From Flavobacteriaceae bacterium (lineage in GTDB: Bacteria > Bacteroidota > Bacteroidia > Flavobacteriales > Flavobacteriaceae), in contig CANGCT010000001.1 in assembly GCA_947452415.1 (NCBI GenBank), forward strand, positions 10,599-74,598: a stretch of 64,000 bases of DNA, written 5' to 3'. The position numbers and the translations under genes are program-made. The notes under the pieces were generated by a model. That model was not told the DNA's origin. It saw only the letters and a list, made by a program, of their open reading frames with translations, and made no database searches. Position 1 is the stretch's first letter, and each line of letters starts with the position of its first letter. Of the stretch, positions 59,230-64,000 are shown one piece after another.

Positions 59230-59658
59230 TTGAACTCAAACAAAATTGCACGTATTTTTTTATTTTATATAATTATAATTTTAATAGGAGCAATTTTCTA
59301 TTATTCCTGGTTGCCAAATCCCAGTCTTAATACGGAGATTTATTTACCAATATGGTTGCGAAATTGGAGCAATGTTTATTTTAATCTTCGCACTGCAGTG
59401 CCTTTTGTAACATTGGGATTTGTATTGGAGTTTCGAAGTGGATTAACTACAAATGCTACAAAAAATAGTTGGAAGTACAATATACTCTTTGCAACTACAA
59501 TTGTAAGTATTGCTGAAGTGGGTCAATTTTTCACGAATAAACGACAACCAGACATTTGGGATGTTTTCTATGGTGTAGCAGGAGCACTTGCGGGTAGAAT
59601 TTGTTATCTTATTTTCATAAAACTAGTAAAAAAGTTAAAATATGCTGAACAGACATAA
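59230..59658 (+). CDS. VanZ-like membrane protein
   Basis: AEVGQFF...RQPDIWDV...GALAG; four hydrophobic segments. Confidence 0.75.
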   Translation: MNSNKIARIFLFYIIIILIGAIFYYSWLPNPSLNTEIYLPIWLRNWSNVYFNLRTAVPFVTLGFVLEFRSGLTTNATKNSWKYNILFATTIVSIAEVGQFFTNKRQPDIWDVFYGVAGALAGRICYLIFIKLVKKLKYAEQT

Positions 59659-61042
59659 GTTTTCTTTAATTTTTTGTTGCATTTTAAGTGATTTTACAGC
59701 TATTATTGTTAGTGATGTTACTTTGTTAAAGCATGTCAGAATTGCTGAGGTAAATTGGAGCCCATTTCTAACTAATAACATTATACTCCTGTCGGTACTG
59801 ACATGGATATTTTCTACTCTATATTTTAAACTATATAGCATTGAAACTACTTTTAATTTGGAAGCATTTTATCGTAATACTTGGCGCTCCTTCGTATTAC
59901 ATAGTATTATACGACAAAGTATTATTTTTTTAATTCTAGGTACTTCCCAATTCCATCTTGATATAAGTTCTAATATCTTTCAATTAACCTTTTGGGCATT
60001 ATATATAGTGCTATCTAGAGGTTTTATTACCTTATTGTTATTCAAAATAAAAAGCCGTTTGAATAAATTATTTAATGTTGCAATTTGGGGATTTAATAAA
60101 ACTAGTATCGAATTGGCTGCAGTATTAGAGTCGAATGTTACATTTATTAACTTTAAAGGAATTATTAACGAAGAAAGCAACGAAGTATTTACAACGGAAG
60201 AAGATTTTAAACATTCACTAACCAAAGCAATAACCCAAGCACATGAAGATAAAATAGATGAATTGTATGTTGTAACGGCTTCAGAACATATTACGGATTT
60301 GAATTACTATTTTGAACTGGCAGACAATTACTGCATGCGATTAAAATTTATTCCTGATTTTTCTGATATTTCTTCAGAACCATTTACAACATCTAATTTT
60401 AATAATTTTCAGGTCATTAAGCCCCGCCATGAACCATTGCAAAATGCCTATAACCGATTGGTAAAGCGTATTTTTGATATTGTAATTAGTTTCTTAGTAA
60501 TAATTTTTATACTTTCGTGGTTGTACCCTATATTGGCTTGTATAATTAAATACCAAAGTAAAGGGCCTGTGTTGTTTAAACAAATGCGAACAGGTAAAAA
60601 AAATAAAGTTTTTTGGTGTTATAAATTTCGTAGCATGCAAATAAATGAATTTAGCGATACAAATCAAGCCCAAAAAGGAGATGGCCGTATCACACCTATT
60701 GGAAAGTTCATTCGTAAAACCAGTATCGATGAACTGCCACAATTTTTTAATGTAATTCAAGGGGATATGAGTGTTGTTGGCCCTCGTCCGCACATGATTA
60801 AACATACTAAAGACTATAATGATTTAATTTCTAATTTTATGGTACGCCATTTTGTGAAACCAGGTATTACGGGCTTAGCACAGGTATCTGGTTACCGTGG
60901 AGAAACCAAAAAGGTGTCCGATATGAAGCGAAGAGTAAAAGCGGATATTGAATATGTGCAGCATTGGAACTTAATTAAAGATATAAAAATATGTTTTTTA
61001 ACAATAATCGTTACTTTTAAAGGCGATAAAAATGCATTTTAA
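59642..61042 (+). CDS. wcaJ: Polyprenyl-phosphate glycosylphosphotransferase (priming GT, WcaJ-like)
   Basis: KRIFDI, YKFRSM, RKTSIDELPQFFNV, MSVVGPRP, KPGITGLAQV. Confidence 0.92.
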   Translation: MLNRHKFSLIFCCILSDFTAIIVSDVTLLKHVRIAEVNWSPFLTNNIILLSVLTWIFSTLYFKLYSIETTFNLEAFYRNTWRSFVLHSIIRQSIIFLILGTSQFHLDISSNIFQLTFWALYIVLSRGFITLLLFKIKSRLNKLFNVAIWGFNKTSIELAAVLESNVTFINFKGIINEESNEVFTTEEDFKHSLTKAITQAHEDKIDELYVVTASEHITDLNYYFELADNYCMRLKFIPDFSDISSEPFTTSNFNNFQVIKPRHEPLQNAYNRLVKRIFDIVISFLVIIFILSWLYPILACIIKYQSKGPVLFKQMRTGKKNKVFWCYKFRSMQINEFSDTNQAQKGDGRITPIGKFIRKTSIDELPQFFNVIQGDMSVVGPRPHMIKHTKDYNDLISNFMVRHFVKPGITGLAQVSGYRGETKKVSDMKRRVKADIEYVQHWNLIKDIKICFLTIIVTFKGDKNAF

Positions 61043-61060
61043 CCCTAAAAATCCCCTACT

Positions 61061-61228
61061 ATGTTATTACCTTACTTACTCGGAGTGCTAACAGGTATTG
61101 CTATTGCTTCCTTTTTTATTGGAAAAGAATTGTACAAATACTACATTAAAAACAAAGTGCAAAGCAAGCAGTTGGAACGTTTAAAACGTTTAAAACAAAA
61201 AAACAAAAAAGTAACTATAGCCATTTAA
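61061..61228 (+). CDS. 55-aa single-TM protein with a basic tail (below the ORF-track cutoff)
   Basis: MLLPYLLGVLTGIAIASFFIGKELYKYYIKNKVQSKQLERLKRLKQKNKKVTIAI; ATG 18 bp after the wcaJ stop. Confidence 0.6.
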   Translation: MLLPYLLGVLTGIAIASFFIGKELYKYYIKNKVQSKQLERLKRLKQKNKKVTIAI

Positions 61229-61403
61229 CACCAAAAATAAATTTAAAATAATCCAATCTTTTCTTTCAATCCTTTTAGAGGAAGAAGTGAAGTCAAATTA
61301 ATTATATATTTTATATTTAGGTTTGGTATTACTACTTTAAAATAAAGTATTTACAAGGTTAAATTATTATATTTGCATGCCCAAAAATCTACACTCTATA
61401 TAA

Positions 61404-62177
61404 ATGAATAAATCTATCATTACTCTAGGATTCCTGTTTTTGCTGATAACATCCTGTGTTTCCAAAAAAGACATTCTTTATTTTCAAGATTCCAATCAAT
61501 TCCCTTCGGTAAACATCACCCAATTGGAAACGAAAATCCAACCCAATGACATTTTGAGTATTTCTGTAAGTTCACTAATTCCAGAGAGTGCAGTGCCTTA
61601 TAATTACCAATCTCCACTTGGCGCATCGTCGTCTGTAATGAATATAGAAGTAATGAAATTACAGGGGTATTTAGTCAATCCTAAAGGAGATATAGAGATG
61701 CCGGTATTGGGTACTATAGCTGTTAAAAACAAAACTATATTACAGCTAACAGACGAATTAAAACAAATTTTAGAGCAAGGAGGTCATTTGGTAAAACCAA
61801 GTGTAAATATTAGAATTTTAAATTCTAAAGTTACTATTTTAGGAGAAGTAAATGCACCAGGCACGTATCCTTTTTCAGAGCAATATATTTCTTTGCCACA
61901 AGCTTTGGGGTTTGCAGGAGATTTAACTATGAATGGGAAACGCAATGATATTTTGCTTATTCGTGAGGCAGATGGAGTGCGAACTATCACTCATGTGGAT
62001 TTAACAACGGCCAACTGGATGAACGATCCTAAATTTTCTATAAAACAAAACGACGTAATCATTGTAAATCCTAATAGTAAAAAAATCCAATCTGGGGGAT
62101 ACAACCTTTCTGATTTAAGTACTATTTTAGGAATCACTTCTTTAATTGTAAGTTTCATAATTTTATTTAAAAAATAA
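61404..62177 (+). CDS. wza: Polysaccharide export lipoprotein (Wza-like)
   Basis: Lipobox ITSC; IQPNDILSISV, VTILGEVNAPG, AGDLT...GKR; TATATTTG at 61368-61375. Confidence 0.92.
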   Translation: MNKSIITLGFLFLLITSCVSKKDILYFQDSNQFPSVNITQLETKIQPNDILSISVSSLIPESAVPYNYQSPLGASSSVMNIEVMKLQGYLVNPKGDIEMPVLGTIAVKNKTILQLTDELKQILEQGGHLVKPSVNIRILNSKVTILGEVNAPGTYPFSEQYISLPQALGFAGDLTMNGKRNDILLIREADGVRTITHVDLTTANWMNDPKFSIKQNDVIIVNPNSKKIQSGGYNLSDLSTILGITSLIVSFIILFKK

Positions 62178-62185
62178 CTCGAAAA

Positions 62186-64000
62186 ATGAGCAAAGATAAA
62201 AACGATTATTCGGAATTTATAGAAGAACAAAATTCTACCTCTATATATGAAACTATTGGAAAGTACCTACCTTACTGGCCTTGGTTTGTTGTATGTGTTT
62301 CAATTGCTATGTTTTTTGCAGTATCTTTTTTACGTTATACTAATAACGTCTATAATACAAAAGCAACGGTTAAAATTACAGACGATAAAAGCACCCAAGA
62401 TTTTGGTGTGGATATGTCTAAAATGTTTTCTAAATCTACTATAAATTTAGAAAATGAATCGGCACTTTTTAAATCGTATCGTCTTTCCGAAATATTAGTA
62501 AAAAATTTAAAATTAAATATAGATTATGTTTATAAAGGAAGTATAAAAGACACTAAAACCTACAATCCTCCTTTTATAATTTGTTATAAACACGGAAATG
62601 ACAGTATTGTTAATAATCTTCAATATAGTATAAAAATCACTCAGGATGGGTATTCAATAGTAGATGAAAAATCTGGCGAATCCTATAAAACCAATGGATT
62701 TTGGATGAATAAACCACTAAAAAACTTTCCTATAACTATTCAGCCCGCAGCTAATTTTAATATTATGAATAGCGTTGGAAATAGCTATTTAGTAACATTA
62801 AGTACTATTCATGAAACAGCTATAAATTTATCCAACTCTTTATCAGTCGAGCAATTAGGAAAAGACAGTGATATAATAACATTAGCAATATCTGGTACAG
62901 ATGGGAAGCATTCTGAAATAATATTAAATAACTTAATTAAAACATATAATGAAGATGGCATTAAAGACAAACAGGAGGTGTACAAAAAGACCATTGCCTT
63001 TGCCGACGAACGTTTTGTTAATTTGAAAAAAGAATTGGATTCTATTGAGGAATCTAAAAAAGTATACAAAACCAATAATGATTTAAGTTTTATCCAAGAA
63101 GATGCAGCTGCTAGCATTAGTAATAGATCCCTAAAAGAACAAACTCTATACGATACGCAATTGCAACTGTCTTTGGCAAAAATGCTTAAACAAGATTTGG
63201 GTAAACAAACCGAATTTGATTTATTGCCGGATAATATTGGAATACAAAATGCAACTATAAATAATTTTGTAGATAGTTACAATACTGGTGTATTGCAATT
63301 TCAAAAAATGCATACCACCGCAGGTAGTAATAATCCTGCTTTAAAAGTAGTAATTAATACTCTGAACAATTTAAAAAACAACATTGATAACTCTACCCAA
63401 GGATACATCCAACAATTGCAATCTACTATTAATAAGGGAGAAGAAGCAGAAAAAAAAGCACATAGTAATTTTTCTTCTTTACCCGAAAAAGAAAAAATAT
63501 TGCGTAGTATAGAGCGCCAGCAAAACTTGAAAGAAAGTTTGTACCTATTACTTTTACAAAAAAGAGAGGAAGCATCTATTAATTATGCTATTACTGTTTC
63601 AAATACTAAAGTAATAGATTATGCCATTACCGAATTACTTCCTATTTCGCCAAAAAGAACCCAAATTTATCTAACTGCATTTTTACTGGGAATGTTCCTT
63701 CCTTTTGGGATACTATTTATTATTTTCTCTCTTGATGATAAAATTCATAAGTTGGTAGACATTGAAAGAATATCAAAAGAAATTCCAATTTTAGCTGAAA
63801 TTCCAACAGCAATAGACAGTAAGGATGGAGAGCTCCAAAAGCAAGAAGCATTTAGATCCTTGGTTAATAACACTAATTTTATTACACCGAGCGATAATGG
63901 AGGTAAATTAATTTTTGTTACTTCTGCTAAAAAAGGGGAGGGGAAGACATTTGTAGCTTATAATTTAGCTACTTCTTATGCTAATTTAGAGAAGAAAACC
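62186..64000 (+). CDS. wzc: Wzc/GumC-type co-polymerase and tyrosine kinase, truncated by the window end
   Basis: ATG 62186; YLPYWPWF TM, LLLQKREE, PISPK, EAFRSL, Walker A VTSAKKGEGKT; no stop before 64000, so absent from the ORF track. Confidence 0.92.
   Translation, partial: MSKDKNDYSEFIEEQNSTSIYETIGKYLPYWPWFVVCVSIAMFFAVSFLRYTNNVYNTKATVKITDDKSTQDFGVDMSKMFSKSTINLENESALFKSYRLSEILVKNLKLNIDYVYKGSIKDTKTYNPPFIICYKHGNDSIVNNLQYSIKITQDGYSIVDEKSGESYKTNGFWMNKPLKNFPITIQPAANFNIMNSVGNSYLVTLSTIHETAINLSNSLSVEQLGKDSDIITLAISGTDGKHSEIILNNLIKTYNEDGIKDKQEVYKKTIAFADERFVNLKKELDSIEESKKVYKTNNDLSFIQEDAAASISNRSLKEQTLYDTQLQLSLAKMLKQDLGKQTEFDLLPDNIGIQNATINNFVDSYNTGVLQFQKMHTTAGSNNPALKVVINTLNNLKNNIDNSTQGYIQQLQSTINKGEEAEKKAHSNFSSLPEKEKILRSIERQQNLKESLYLLLLQKREEASINYAITVSNTKVIDYAITELLPISPKRTQIYLTAFLLGMFLPFGILFIIFSLDDKIHKLVDIERISKEIPILAEIPTAIDSKDGELQKQEAFRSLVNNTNFITPSDNGGKLIFVTSAKKGEGKTFVAYNLATSYANLEKKT

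Noticed and set aside
62247-63117. Short ORFs 62247-62444 (+) and 62809-63117 (-)
   Set aside because: Both lie within the wzc frame that starts at 62186 and runs off the window.

Overview
AT-rich chromosomal window from a Flavobacterium-like Bacteroidota (gldJ, porU/porV, TAnnTTTG promoters, UpxY). In order: (1) 1-6581, the end of a phenylacetate (paa) catabolic cluster running directly into an E2, an aminotransferase and a fused E1 alpha/beta 2-oxoacid dehydrogenase; (2) 6582-9300, a small accessory island bracketed by palindromic repeats, holding an orphan antitoxin with a truncated ParE-like start, a pseudogene and a candidate secreted pro-toxin/immunity pair; (3) 9378-36834, mostly core genes (hutU, secreted proteins including one with a premature stop, hemL, miaE, pdhC/pdhA, cdd, porV/porU, gldJ, murF, two tRNA-Val, folC, exbB/exbD); (4) 37209-64000, two XRE regulators, upxY and a large Wzx/Wzy-dependent polysaccharide locus (GDP-fucose, UDP-GlcA/UDP-xylose, four acetyltransferases, wcaJ, wza, partial wzc). 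Several families of short repeats occur throughout, some in frame inside enzyme linkers. All calls come from reading the sequence and recalled motifs; no database searches were run.
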